Source: Spironucleus salmonicida
Taxonomy: Eukaryota
Direction: 5' to 3'
Length of the DNA stretch: 64,000 bases
NCBI RefSeq assembly: GCF_000497125.1
Contig: NC_090596.1
Coordinates: 744,001 to 808,000, forward strand
A model generated the notes under the pieces. That model searched no databases, was not told the DNA's origin, and saw nothing but the letters and a program-made list of their open reading frames with translations. This document shows, piece by piece, positions 10,846 to 22,865 of this stretch. Within the stretch, counting starts at the first letter, position 1. Each line of letters starts with the position of its first letter. A program made the position numbers and the translations under genes.

Positions 10846-11961
10846 TTTTTGAGCGATGTGGAGTGATGTAAAAATATTATTATTGTATAGTAATAATAAA
10901 GTTTATAAAATCGTTGAAATTATAAGTATTAATATAATATAGATATAATAATTATAATGAAAAATATTTAAAAATTATTAATTAGGTAAATTGGAAATGC
11001 GGAGGTGGGACGTTTTTGATAAAGAATTAACGTGGACAGTGAAAAGCGGTATTGCATGGTAGTTTATGTATACATTTATTTTCTATATGAAAATTATTTT
11101 TTCATATAGAAGATTTGGTCAAAATTTGTTTTTCAATATATACATATAGTGATGCTGTTAACCGTAAATATTTTAGTGGTTTAAATATTTCTATAAATAG
11201 TTTAGTACTGATGAAGGGTTCTATCTACTACTCAATATGCTAGTAAATGTAGTGACTGCTCATTTTTAATTTAAGTTTCGTTTCACTTTTTGACGAAATA
11301 CATTAAAAGTTATAAGTTAGAATTAGAAAATTGGTAAAAACTAAATAGTATATTTTTTAAATCAAACTATCTCTTTATTAAATAGTTGATGTAAAAGCTG
11401 CCTAAAAGTTTCAACATTACAATAATTTTAAATTGATTATCCTGGGTTTACATGAGTATAGTATATATAATAGAATTTATTTGCAGGTTTTAATCAAACA
11501 AATTATGTATAATTAGTATTAAGCAAAGTGTTGAATTTTATAAAATGAGACCGTGTTAAAAATAGCTCAAAAAGAAACAGCTTTCTGTTACAATCCCACA
11601 AATCTAATTAAAATACCACAATAAAACAGATATCGATTTATTACATGAAAAGTAGCCAGATACAAGCAAATTTTTCTGTCTTAACCATAAACTGTGGAAT
11701 TTTAATAAATTAGACACTTAGGACTTAGCAGAATTGATTGATATTGAAGATACAGATAAAATGATAAATAACAGTTATACTTTAAAGTGTAGCGTGGACC
11801 TATTGTTTTAAACAAATAATTAGTGCATGAATATTTTAAATGGATTACTAGAAGACAGTGACTGCTAAGCTAATAATATTGAGTGAATTTGTTTGTGCAT
11901 TTATGTCTATATGATTTAAATAAATAATATCAACTAAGTGCTTTAAAATACATATCCTCTG

Positions 11962-12534
11962 AACGTGTACCCGCGACGTAACTTCGGGCTGTACGGCTTC
12001 GACATCATGTTCACGGAAGCGGGCGAGGCGCTGCTGGTGGAGATCAACAAGTCGCCCTCGAAGAACACGAAGACTGACCTGGACGTGGAGATCAAGTACC
12101 CGCTGATGGTGAACACGCTGAACCTGCTGGGCTACGCGCCCGCGTTCCACCAGTCAGGAATGGCAGCGGTGCCGGAGCGCTTCGCCACCGAGGACGAGGC
12201 CACGATCGCGCGCTTCGGCGGCCGGCTGAAGAGCGCGGACTGCCGGCAGTACCGCCCCTTCCGGCTGGAGAACGGGGAGCAGAAGCACAGCTTCAAGACC
12301 GGCGCGGACCTGCGCAGCTTCGGCACGGTCCCGGACCTCACGCGCTTCGAGCGCCGCGTGCTGTGGCAGCTGGTGGACGAGGGCGCGCGCCTGGGCCAGT
12401 TCCGGCGGTTGTTCCCGCGGGGCGAGGCGGCGGACCTGGAGCTGCTGGGCGGGGAGCGCCTGCTGAACCACCTGTGCTGCTGGTTCGTGGGGCAGGCGGA
12501 CGGGCCGGAGCAGCTGCGGGCGGCGGGGCTGTGA
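11962..12534 (+). pseudogene. 5'-truncated TTLL copy (last ~190 codons)
   Basis: Identical to the TTLL 3' end; the upstream frame has TGA at 11884 and lacks intact TTL motifs. Confidence 0.75.
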
Positions 12535-13076
12535 GTGAGGGACTTTGGGCTGGGAAGAGGGATGGCGATGTCGGTAGGGGCGAGTGAGAGGTGACGTTTT
12601 CAGGGAGGCGGTCTGGGCAGGACCCTCACGACGTTAGGGGTCTCGGCTGGGCACCGGAGGTCCATGGCGGCGAGTGAGGGCCGGGCCGCAGATGGCAGCA
12701 GGGCGCCGCGGATACCGCAGCAAATAGATACTTGGAAATGTGCACTGCCTAATTACCCGGCAGCTGCGCCCGTTTCCGGAAACTGCAGGGTACTCAGCAG
12801 GACCGCTTTAGCAAGGCTTTGAACACGTCGGCACGCCGGAGCCTCAGCAACACACCTTGCGCACGCGAGGGAGTGGTGCGGCGAGATGGAAGTGGGGGCC
12901 GGGCATTATTATACGCTGCGCGCTAATCCCGAAAATGCGCGCCCTCCTGAGGACCTTCCGCACGCTCAAGCGCACGCTGCTGCACGGCAGGGCCGACGAC
13001 GCGCGCCTGCCGGCCGCCGCACCCGCCGACAAGTGACAGAGGACAAGTGACCAAGGACTTCACTCCGCGCTCCAAA

Positions 13077-13409
13077 ATGCGCAACCAGCTGGTGCCGCTG
13101 CCCGCGCTCCCGAGCAGGTCCCTGCTGGCCATGGTGGCCGACCTCGCGCCCTTCGTCGCCGCCCCGCCCCACTACGACCCCGCCGGCGCGCCCGGCTCCT
13201 CCGAGGACATCTTCGCGAGCGCCGATAACCTCGCCACGCTGCGCTCGCTCGAGCTGCAGGAGCGCATCGACGATAGCCTGCGCGCGATCCGCGACATGGC
13301 CACCACGCTCAAGGCCGCCTTCGACCGGCTCGAGTACCTGGACTTCTGCGTGCGGTACCTGCGGAGGTGGGTGCACCGCTGCGCCCACCAGGCCGCCGGG
13401 CCTCAGTGA
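13077..13409 (+). CDS. Hypothetical protein (copy of 8336-8668)
   Basis: Mirror copy in IR1. Confidence 0.6.
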   Translation: MRNQLVPLPALPSRSLLAMVADLAPFVAAPPHYDPAGAPGSSEDIFASADNLATLRSLELQERIDDSLRAIRDMATTLKAAFDRLEYLDFCVRYLRRWVHRCAHQAAGPQ

Positions 13410-13412
13410 GTC

Positions 13413-13871
13413 TCATTCCGTCTCACTCGTTCGCCGCGCGCAGGCCCGCTCGTGCGCCGCCGCGTCGCACTGGTACCGCACCAGGGCCCCGCATCGCGTG
13501 CACAGCCCGAACTCGGCAGCGCGCTCGGACCCCACCAGCGCGCCCGCGTGGAGCCGCTGCACGTGGCCGCGGAGGAAGCGCCAGTTGACTGCCTCGGGGC
13601 AGAAGGGGCAGGCGCCGCGGGTCTCATGCAGCCGCAGGTGGCGGCGCAGCGTGTGCGCGTCGTAGAACTGGCGCTCGCACACGCCGCAGGTCTCCCTGGG
13701 CCGGGCCTCGGCGTGGACCAGCTCGTGGCGGCGCAGGTTCGGCACACGGGCGAAGGCCTTGCCGCAGGTGGTGCAGGCGTGCGGCTGGGACTTGGAGTGG
13801 GTGCGCAGGTGCTCCTGCAGCTTGAAGCTGTTGGCCACCTCGCGGCCGCACACGCCGCACGTCACCGGCAT
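13413..13871 (-). CDS. C2H2 zinc-finger protein (copy of 7874-8332)
   Basis: Identical translation. Confidence 0.9.
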   Translation of the reverse strand: MPVTCGVCGREVANSFKLQEHLRTHSKSQPHACTTCGKAFARVPNLRRHELVHAEARPRETCGVCERQFYDAHTLRRHLRLHETRGACPFCPEAVNWRFLRGHVQRLHAGALVGSERAAEFGLCTRCGALVRYQCDAAAHERACARRTSETE

Positions 13872-14145
13872 TCAGTGGAAGGGCCGCACACGCCCAGCAC
13901 CAGGCGCTGCAGGGCCTCGAGCGCCGCGTCCAGACCGCCCGTGAGGCCGGGGAGCGCCGCGCCCTCGAACTCGGCGAGGGAGACGCGGGGGCAGGCCCGT
14001 AGGGGCGGCAGGGGCTGCGGTGGGGATCGCAGGGAGAAGGACTTGCGCTGAAGCAGCATTTATGGGCGGACGAGAATGGGCCGAATACTGAGTATACTCT
14101 CACTCCAAACATTGGTGCGTGAACCTGTACCGGTGAAACCGTGCG

Positions 14146-14412
14146 TCAGCGCTCGTCCTGCTTGCGGTCCAGGAACCACGCGTACAGCAGCGCCCGCGGC
14201 CAGCCGGCCCCAGAGTCCACTTCCTCGTCCGTGGTAGGCTCAGTGGCCGCCAGTGCGGGCAGGGCGCAGTCGTCGCTGACCTCCGTGTGGGGGAAGATGC
14301 GCGAGCGCAGGCCCGGGCCCCTGGCGCGCTTGCGTAGGCGCGGCACCCGCTCGCTGGCGGAGCGGGAGGAGGAACTGGGGGCGCTGGAGGGCTCCGAGGG
14401 CGTGCTGTCCAT
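14146..14412 (-). CDS. Hypothetical protein (copy of 7333-7599)
   Basis: Mirror copy in IR1. Confidence 0.55.
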   Translation of the reverse strand: MDSTPSEPSSAPSSSSRSASERVPRLRKRARGPGLRSRIFPHTEVSDDCALPALAATEPTTDEEVDSGAGWPRALLYAWFLDRKQDER

Positions 14413-14438
14413 TGTGGAGCGGAGTGGGACTGCAAGGC

Positions 14439-15059
14439 TCACTTCGTGTGGCGCACCACGTGCTCGCCGGTGATCCCGCCGCCGCTGCGGACGATCTTGT
14501 GCCTGCGCACGCCCCGGCGGTCGCTGAAGCTCTTGGCGATCTTGAGGATGTGGCGCTGCTGCTTCCGCACCGAGACCTCGCCCGCGTCCTTGTAGCGGTC
14601 CGTCTCCAGCACGATGTGCTTCCCGCTGCGGATCTGGCCCACGGCGCCCATCGCGCGCAGCTCCTCCTCCCGCGCGAGCCGCTGGCTACGCTCCCCCTTG
14701 CGCGCGGCCGACAGCTCCTTGAGGTTCACGTGCGTGCCGCGGACCTGCGCGCCCTTCTTGATGAGGTAGGCCGTCTCCTGCAGGCGCTGGTACTCGCGCT
14801 CCTGCGGCGTCAGCACCAGCCCGTTGTCCCGCAGCAGCTCGCGCGTCAGCTGGTCGATGGTGTAGGCCTCCACGCGCTTCGTGATCTGCGCCTTCAGCTG
14901 CGCCGGGTCGACCGTCCGCGGCCCCCTGGTGCGTGCGCCCCCCTGCGGCACCGCCAGGGCCTCCGCTGAGGGCGGGACGTACGTGACCGGGGCGAAGCGC
15001 GTCTGCTGGGAGGCGCTGAAGAAGTCGCGGGCGGCCTGCGCGTCGACGAACTGCTCCAT
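14439..15059 (-). CDS. Hypothetical protein (copy of 6686-7306)
   Basis: Mirror copy in IR1. Confidence 0.75.
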   Translation of the reverse strand: MEQFVDAQAARDFFSASQQTRFAPVTYVPPSAEALAVPQGGARTRGPRTVDPAQLKAQITKRVEAYTIDQLTRELLRDNGLVLTPQEREYQRLQETAYLIKKGAQVRGTHVNLKELSAARKGERSQRLAREEELRAMGAVGQIRSGKHIVLETDRYKDAGEVSVRKQQRHILKIAKSFSDRRGVRRHKIVRSGGGITGEHVVRHTK

Positions 15060-15086
15060 TTCGGAGCGGAGTGCAATTGGGAAGGG

Positions 15087-15329
15087 TCACATCTTGGCCA
15101 CGAGCTGCTCCAGCAGCCAGATGTAGCGGTTGGCGCGCGTGAGGATCAGGTCGAGCTGGTCGCGGGCACGCTCCTCCATGTCGCGGGCGATGATGATAAG
15201 GTTCTTCACCTCGTTGTTCTTGAGCTTGATGGCGCGCGCGATCTGCACGCACTTCTTGCGGTCGCGGTCGTCCTCGGAGTCCGAGTGCACGTGGAGCAGC
15301 TGGTGCTGCACGGTGTACCGCGGCGGCAT
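15087..15329 (-). CDS. Hypothetical protein (copy of 6416-6658)
   Basis: Mirror copy in IR1. Confidence 0.65.
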   Translation of the reverse strand: MPPRYTVQHQLLHVHSDSEDDRDRKKCVQIARAIKLKNNEVKNLIIIARDMEERARDQLDLILTRANRYIWLLEQLVAKM

Positions 15330-15349
15330 CTTGGAGCGGAGGGGCAAAA

Positions 15350-15592
15350 TCAGAAGGGGAGCTCGGGCCGCGCGGTAGCCCGGATCCGCGCCACGAGGTC
15401 GTCCGAGTCCTCGGGGTCTGCGGGCTCCGCGAAGGCCCAGCCCTGGAGCAGCTGCGCCACGGCGTCGTTCTCGAGCCGGTACGGCAGCTTGCGGCGGGCC
15501 TCGTCCTGGCGCTTCAGGAAGGCGAGCGTCTACGGGTTCACGAGCACGGGCCTGCGGGGGCGGCGGGCCTGGGGCGAGGTCTGGGTGTGCAT
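15350..15592 (-). CDS. Hypothetical protein (copy of 6153-6395)
   Basis: Mirror copy in IR1. Confidence 0.6.
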
Positions 15593-15639
15593 TCGGAGTG
15601 CGCCTCGCTTGCGCGAATATAAAGCAAAATTCGGAGCGG

Positions 15640-16014
15640 TCAGTCCACGAAACGACACGCGTCCGCCCGCTCCAGGTCCAGCAGGTAGCTAAGCTGGTAG
15701 TTCACCCCATGATAGTTTGTAGATAAACTGATACGACCAAATTTATTTAAGTTTATATGAGCATACATTGAGACGAATGACATGATCAGTGTACTTGATT
15801 AGTGCATGAAATTTAATGTATTCTTATTCTCTTTTTATACGATAGCAGGAAGTATTTATTACTTAATCAATTTCGTACATTTTGTTTAAGCTGATTATAT
15901 TTTTACTTAAGGCTGCTATAATATTTGCTATACACTAACTTATATCAAAATGGGACTGCTATTGAGAATAAAGTCATCATTTGCATCTAGAAATTCAGTA
16001 ACATCTAATTCCAT
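15640..16014 (-). CDS. Hypothetical protein, 124 aa; diverged paralog of 5725-6105
   Basis: MELDVTEFLDANDDFILNS... stays in frame to the identical C-terminus HGVNYQ...CRFVD. Confidence 0.7.
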
Positions 16015-16193
16015 TTGATAAAAAATAATAGCCTTAAAATTATATTTAAACGTGTTCTCAGCTTAATTTTTGTAAATATGTAGTTGCTCATTTTATGACT
16101 ATCTGGTAGATTACTTAATTTTTTCAGTCAATTTAAATTAGTGTTAAATAATATATTTATTATACATAAATATAATCATTATACAATAAAAAT

Positions 16194-16601
16194 ATGAACC
16201 AGCACAACCTGCCATTATTGTAGCTGATTGATAGCATATCACCGCTAAGCTCGCCTAAATAATCAATATCTCCCAGAATGGAAGTATTCAGCATGAAGCT
16301 CAAAATGTCTCCCAGGTTAGAGGAGGAGCCCAATTTGGCCCACGCGAAGCTACCCTTCGAGTTCATCGAGGAAGCGAGGCCGTAATCGATTTTAGCCAAT
16401 TTTTACCAGCAGTAGGAGAAGCGAAGTATGCTTGTTCGGTAGGCTGCTCCCTTCTGCCCTGGAAAGATCATATCAGCCCGTAAGCAGAAGGTCTACCAGG
16501 CCGAAAAGGCGTTCGTGGTGAGCAAGTTCCCGGAAGTGACGCAAAGGCATGTGACGGCGTTAGATCTGGAGCACTTGGTGCGCTTCGCCGGGGCGCAATG
16601 A
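16194..16601 (+). CDS. Hypothetical protein, 135 aa
   Basis: Code-6 ORF MNQHNLPLLQ...LVRFAGAQ; last codons lie in the IR2 arm. Confidence 0.6.
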
Positions 16602-16621
16602 TGGCGTGAGTTGTAGCATTT

Positions 16622-17287
16622 TCACTCGACCTACACGAGGAACACATCCTCCCTGGGGTCCTCCGGAACCGCTAAGCGCACCGTGAGACATCCGTCCGCG
16701 AACGCTGCGCGAATGCTGCTCCGGTCCGCGAACTCAGGGAGCTGGAAGCGGTGAACGCGGCCGTCCGCGGTTACCTCCAGGGTTCCCTAAGCATCTGCGC
16801 GCACGCGCGTTGCGGCCCGGGAGGAGGCTGGTACGGTGGCGCAGTACTCATCCCCAGAGCGGCGGAGCGTCTGTTGGCTCGCCGCGTCACAGGCCCTCAT
16901 CTGGCTCCCTGTGGCCTTGTTCTGGGAATCGTACGTCTTAAACGCCGCGCCGGGCGTCAGTGCCTCCGTTCCGTTTTAGATCGTGCCCTGGTCGAAGCGG
17001 TTGGGCTGGGATGGAAGCGCAGTGAAGAGGTGCTGGAGAGCCTCCTCGCGCTGGGCCATGCGGCGGGCCTTCTCCTCGCGTTCCCTCTGAGCCCTATGCT
17101 GTTCGTAGGCCCGCGCGGATTGCTGCTCCTGTCTGCGCAGGTGCTCCTCTTGCTGTCTCTAGTACAGTTCTTGCTGGGCCTGCTTGCCTCTGTGGGCCTC
17201 AGCCCGGCGCTGGCGGGCCTACTGCTGCTCAATGGCGTATTGGTAGTCATAAGAGTCGTCGTAGTTGTTGCCGAAGAGTCCGAACAT
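16622..17287 (-). CDS. Small heat-shock protein (HSP20/alpha-crystallin domain), 221 aa
   Basis: C-terminal HRFQLPEFADRSSIRAAFADGCLTVRL and VQVE (I-x-I-like) tail; Q/E/R-rich N-terminus. Confidence 0.8.
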
Positions 17288-17847
17288 TAATGAGGAGCTC
17301 GGAATTGATTCCCGTCCGCAAAATTTACTCGGATCAATTCGGTGGGATTTGGTCGGAATTGCAGCCAGGAGCAACCTCGTGTTGGCAATAACCTGTCGGA
17401 TGCGTCACCATTGCCTCCGGACCAGGACCATGTGTCTGCCGCTATCTGCTACCCCAGCATGTGGTTTCAGTCCGAACCTGCCAATTTATATATAATATCA
17501 GGTTGCACTGTATATGATTTCTGGTTGGGTGCAGCTCATCTAGATGCGGGCAGAACGTCAGTACTTCCTTGCTGCCAACATTCAATGTGAGAGAGCAGCG
17601 TTAGGAACGTGTTGAACATCCTTTATATCTCTACGGTCTGAGTTACAAGACCAGAAAGCCCCAGAGATGTCCCGGCTGGCACTCCTGCTGGTATGGGCGG
17701 ACAAGATTCAACCCCATCAGATATATATGCAGCCAACAACAGTTCAGCTGGGGCTATGGTCATGGATGGACCTACTCTGTCGTCTAGTGGCTGTGGAGAT
17801 ACGTTCGATTGTACTAATGCATAGCCTAAATCAGTTTCATTTAGCAA

Positions 17848-17921
17848 GCTCTTGTAGCGCAGTTGGTTAGCGCGTTGGTCTTATGTACCGAAGGTCGTGG
17901 GTTCAATCCCCATCTGGAGCA
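17848..17921 (+). tRNA. tRNA-Ile(UAU), intronless
   Basis: Cloverleaf: D arm GCGCAGTTGGTTAGCGC, anticodon loop CT-TAT-GT, T arm GTGGG-TTCAATC-CCCAT. Confidence 0.92.
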
Positions 17922-17932
17922 AGCTTTTTAAA

Positions 17933-18178
17933 ATGCAGCCTCGCTACTCCGAGTCAGCCCAGTTCGGTCAAGCGCCCTTCCGGCCCAGACTTCCCCTGCC
18001 ACTGCCCACGTTCTTTGAGGCCCAGACCCTGTTGCGGTCCCTCGCCCAACGCGATGCCGGGTATCAGGCTTTCCTCGGCGTGCACCCCTTCGCGCCCTGC
18101 CGCCACGCGGGTACAGCTCTAGGTGTACCGATATTCTGCCCCTGCTGCCGGAACATAGTACTCGTCGGGTTCCAGTGA
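17933..18178 (+). CDS. Hypothetical protein, 81 aa
   Basis: AAAATG start; MQPRYSES...FCPCCRNIVLVGFQ; AGTGA stop. Confidence 0.5.
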   Translation: MQPRYSESAQFGQAPFRPRLPLPLPTFFEAQTLLRSLAQRDAGYQAFLGVHPFAPCRHAGTALGVPIFCPCCRNIVLVGFQ

Positions 18179-18783
18179 GACTGCCTAGGAGCGAAGGCAG
18201 GTGGATCGCTTGAGCGCTACCGAACACGTATCGCCGCACCTGGCTGGGATGATTCAAATAAACATTATATCAGGATTGTCCAAATAGTTTAAGTATTTCA
18301 GTAGAGAATTTGTAACTAGGTCTGTTAAAATTTTCGTTACTTATTGTATACTATTCATTAAATAGTCAATGGATGTATATTAATTATTGTTGATATCAAT
18401 ACTGAGCTTACTTAAAATAAATCAATAAAAATATTCCGAATATAATGAAAATTATAGTATTAATAAGTTTAACTTCAATTTTTATAACATCTGTTTTCTA
18501 AGTTTATGAAAATTATTTATAGATATTTGCTGTTCGACTTTGCATTTAAAGTATAAATATAACAATTAAACTATATATATCATGCTTAGAAAATGTAGAT
18601 CAAACTGTAGATGACAAATTTTATTTTTGAATACTTTTCTCTTAAATAATATCTTCAATATATAATTAAAATACTTGGTAGCTTTACATGTAGTAGATTG
18701 AAAGTACTAGATATATTTGCATAATTTTACTAAGTATATCATAATAATAGTAGTATAATATATAAATTATTAACATTGCAGAA

Positions 18784-19038
18784 ATGAAAAATAAGTTCTT
18801 TACATTATAAGAAGAAAACGAGCCTGTTAGATAAGATAAAATTCAATTAAAAATCAAGCCAATTATATAATGCATCAGTTAGAATTCTTCAGTGTCAATA
18901 GTAGATATATAACATTTATCAGCATTTTCAAACTTATCTTAGAGTAATTCCTCATCAGATATTAAGTGGCATGAGTCAGAGTAATTAGAGGTAGACGAAT
19001 TTGATATAATAAGACTATTTAGCAGTAGCACGGAGTGA
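18784..19038 (+). CDS. Hypothetical protein, 84 aa
   Basis: Code-6 ORF MKNKFFTLQEEN... with AGTGA stop. Confidence 0.5.
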
Positions 19039-19045
19039 GTTTAAA

Positions 19046-19372
19046 TCAATCACATAGAATATTTAGTCTATCGCTTATACTCTTTAAAAACTGATCAGTT
19101 TCATCATATAAGTCTTCATATCTATATAATACTTCTGAACGTTCTTTAATAGATTATTAAAGATTTTATGATCTAATCTACTAGACTTCAAGCTGACTAA
19201 AAGTTTTATTTAGTAGTTATTTTAAAAAATAAATCTTATTAGATGGTTTCTTAATGATATAATTAAAATCAGCATTTTATTAATCCATAATTTTTATCTA
19301 CACCCTTAAATGTTGTATTTAAGTAAGGAGGTCGCCTTTCTATTTTAATAGCATCGATTAATAAAAGTCCAT
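19046..19372 (-). CDS. Hypothetical coiled-coil protein, 108 aa
   Basis: Code-6 ORF MDFYQSMLLKQK...RLNILCD. Confidence 0.5.
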
Positions 19373-19521
19373 TTTCTAAAAAAAATTAAGAATGCTTTAT
19401 CAATATATACTTTTTATAAGTAGTATTATCTGGTCAATATAAACATAAATTTGCATTATATTTTTATTTATGCCCATTCTATTTATATTTGTGAATTTTA
19501 ATTATAAAGTTGAATATAAAA

Positions 19522-19594
19522 TACCTGTTCTAGGAATCGAACCAAGGACCGACAGAACTTCAGTCTGACGCTCTACCATCTGAGCTAAACAGGC
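19522..19594 (-). tRNA. tRNA-Phe(GAA)
   Basis: GCCTGTTTAGCTCAGATGGTAGAGC-GTCAGA-CTGAAGT-TCTG...GGTTCGATTCC...AACAGGTA; 73 nt. Confidence 0.92.
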
Positions 19595-20295
19595 ATATAA
19601 ATTATATATAATAAATTAAGTACACACATTACTAAATATAATTGAATATATACATGTACTCTATAAACTCATATTAATATTTTCTCGTGATTATATACTG
19701 GGTTTAGAAAATGATATTTATATAAAAGTCACACACTATTATCAAGAGAATCAATAATTTAATAAATATAATTGGACTATGACAATATTTCGCTTACTGA
19801 AGCTTCACCTCCCTCATCAATATCAGAGCTTGCCATTGAAAATGTTCTCTTTATCATAATTTACCTCTATGTATATTACTCCATAGAATTATTACTATTA
19901 ATAGAGTAATCCTCATAGTTTATCTTAATTGATGATATTGAGACTAATTTACTAGCTAAAATTTATCCATTTGAAAAACAAGATCCCATTATTAAATAAA
20001 AATTAAATAAAGATATATTATATAATATTAAACTATAGTAAGCTGAGAATTGAAATTTTTTAATAGAATATTTTAAGATGTTATTACTACGTGAAACACA
20101 TATATTATTATAATTCAATTGATTATATAGTTATAAAATAAATATTGAATAATATAACGGCAAGAACATTGATATAGCTAGAATTAAACATAATGGACAT
20201 CCGTCCGTGAGCTTAAGACTTTCCAAAAATAAATTACTTTTGGAACGCTACAACAACTGGAGTCCGCCATGAAACACGATATTAATCATAATTAA

Positions 20296-21087
20296 TCAGT
20301 TCATACGCTTCTCAACAGCCTGTATACGCATCTAACGGCTCTCAACCTTAGTAGGTCTGACACCCTTTTCAGTAGGTACTGAGACTACAGAAGAGTTCTT
20401 GCCGATAACAAAAACGTTTTCCATACGAGTAAGGAACTTCTGACCCTTGACATCAATTAAATGAACCATGGAATAAGTACCAGCGTTTTCAATAATCTGA
20501 GTTATCTTACCCATACGACCAGCAGCAGAACCGCCAGTAATACAAGCAGTCATATCAGAAGCAAAGGCGAAGTGCTCAGCAATACTACCAGTGGCAAGAT
20601 CTATTTTGATAGTATCGTTAACTTTGATCTTGGAATCGGCAAAACGAATAGTACGGCCGTCATTGGTACCGATGAAGGGAATACCATGCTTACCAGTTTA
20701 AACGGATTTAACACGGCAAAGTTTGAACTTAGCTTCATCAGCTTTGATGGGTACTAAAGTGAATCTACCAAGGATATCATACATGATACGATACTGAGCT
20801 TTGAGCTTACCGATTTCGATAACGTCCATGAAACCAGCAGGGTAACCGACATCAGTACGAACCTTACCATCAACCTTGATAGAACGAGAGTTAAGGATGA
20901 TTTCAGCTTCACGACGATCACGAGCAAGGTGAAGTCTGTTACGGAGGACAAGAAGAAGAGGGAGACATTCCTGGAGCTTATGAGGTCCAGCAGAAGGTCT
21001 GGGAGCCCAGATACCACCAAGCTTAGCTAATTACCAATGGGTAGGTGCCGATAATCTCTTTAAATGCTTACGAGGACCGCCAGCCAT
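20296..21087 (-). CDS. RPS4: 40S ribosomal protein S4 (eS4), 263 aa
   Basis: [44 protein letters not shown]...ITGG...GRMG...[12 protein letters not shown]. Confidence 0.97.
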
Positions 21088-21220
21088 TTTCCAAAGGAGT
21101 GGAGATTATAAAATAATATGAACGATAGAATATGAATATTTTACAGTAATCAACGTAAATATTTTTTGAGTTATTTATACTTAACTTAGAGAAATATTAT
21201 AGTACGAATCCAATTAAAAA

Positions 21221-21664
21221 ATGTCTGAGATTTCCTTCGCCAGGGCTACTTCAGAACTAAAATTCGAAACCTCTGGATCCGACCTACCCGCCGAGTTTAA
21301 GACTATAGCAAAAGTCAAAATCGCGAAGCCGCAACCAGTATCATACCTTTCGCTAATTCGAAGCTCCCGCACAGTTATTTAAGTATTTTATGGTCAGGTA
21401 AAAGTAGTAAAAGCGACATTTTTTCGATAGAAATTCTTCATTTTTGACATCAAATTCTCTTTAAATAGTCTGACAGCGGTTTTAACTATTTCCAAAAGAC
21501 GAAAAGATTGTGACGAGATTGCTGAGCAGCTGAATTTATTTAAACCAAAATTACTGCTTGGAGAGTAAAAATCAGCTAATTCTATACAACAGTGGCTTGG
21601 TAATATGCTAAATAATCAAGAACTACGTGAGAACATTCGATTTGTCTAGTGGCTGAGTAATTGA
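21221..21664 (+). CDS. Hypothetical protein, 147 aa, possible divergent PX domain
   Basis: C-terminal KRRKD...IQQWLGNMLNNQELRENIRFVQWL resembles PX helices. Confidence 0.6.
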
Positions 21665-21722
21665 AGTGAGTGAAAAAGTATATTATATACTTGCATTGTA
21701 TTAAAGTATCAGAGCTTAAAAA

Positions 21723-22865
21723 ATGGGAAAGGAGTTGGTGTTATTATATGGGCTCTGTAAGGAACTTAAAGTTATTTTTAATGTTGATTTAAACGAAAAT
21801 ATAGAAAATTCAGTAAATTATATTCTTAAATCTGTCAGCTTACAGTAATAAAAGATTACTATTTTTGAGTAGAATCTAAAAAAATTAGACTCGGTAAATT
21901 AAGGAGAAGAAGTAAACTTCCAGAAAAGATGTGATATTTTGGAGTTAAAACTTGCACTACTATCCCCTTAGATTGAACTTCAGCTTTCAGAGGAGCGTAT
22001 CAGTTATCTGAAGATGGAAAATATAATGCTTAAAGATTAGCTAGCATCTAAAAACTAATATTTAATAGATATTAAAAATGAGATTAAACAAATTAACACC
22101 GATATAAATGCAATAAGAGGATACGCCTAAGATATAAATATTCCAGATAATTTATAAATCTTGACGCATACAATTTAGACTAAAATTTCTAAATAAGAAT
22201 AATTCGTTTAATGCAATTTAGGATAGTATTATTATGGAAAGTATATAAAAACTATATAAAATAATGAATTTACAGTTAAATCGATCTAAAATGATATTGA
22301 ATAATTATAGTAATCTGTTACAAAGATTACAATTCCAGATCTATCATAAAGCTTTATTTATATAGAAACAGAAGTAGAAAAGATTGTCTCTAACTATTTA
22401 CTTCTAACACAGAATAATAAGGTTCTTAAAAATTAATTGCTTGATCTTAATTTGAAATTATTTTCTGTTACAGAAAATATAAATAGTCTAAAATATGATC
22501 TGCAAAAGTAGTAAAAATAATATTAAAAAGTTTTAAATTCGAATAAATAGTTGGAAGTAATTTTGAGTTTGAAAAATGAAGAAATTGAGCTTTTATTACT
22601 CAAACCTGTGCAGGATTTTGCTTAAAAAGCAAAAAATTACTCCAGTGATATAAAACTTAGAACTAAACCGGATTTATTATTAAATATTTTGTCAAATGTT
22701 ATATTAGGAAGCTTAAAGCCCGTTCCCTTAAATTTTATTAAATTAGTAAAAAGCACAAGAGAACTTTATCTAGGATCATTAGATGAGTAAGTTTCATAGG
22801 AGTTGCGATTATCAATGCTTTGCGATATGAAGGATTCGTTAAATAGGATGTTAAAGGTACAATGA
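21723..22865 (+). CDS. Coiled-coil protein, 380 aa
   Basis: Long code-6 ORF rich in Q/K/E/L/I. Confidence 0.7.

Larger units (their letters stand above)
11961..15711. repeat. IR1 right arm (3751 bp)
   Basis: Reverse complement of 6034-9784. Confidence 0.97.
16578..18254. repeat. IR2 left arm (1677 bp), inverted copy of 23312-24988
   Basis: x pairs with 41566-x; two mismatches seen near the outer edge. Confidence 0.96.

Noticed and set aside
6053-15692. Many overlapping Arg/Pro/Ala-rich ORFs in the supplied track (also at 52-64 kb)
   Set aside because: Shadow frames of GC-rich DNA; they lack GC3 bias, ATG starts or the C-rich motif.
6034-15711. Inverted arms as transposon terminal inverted repeats or a Polinton/viral element
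   Set aside because: No transposase, integrase, polymerase or target-site duplication was seen; arms cut through ordinary host genes.
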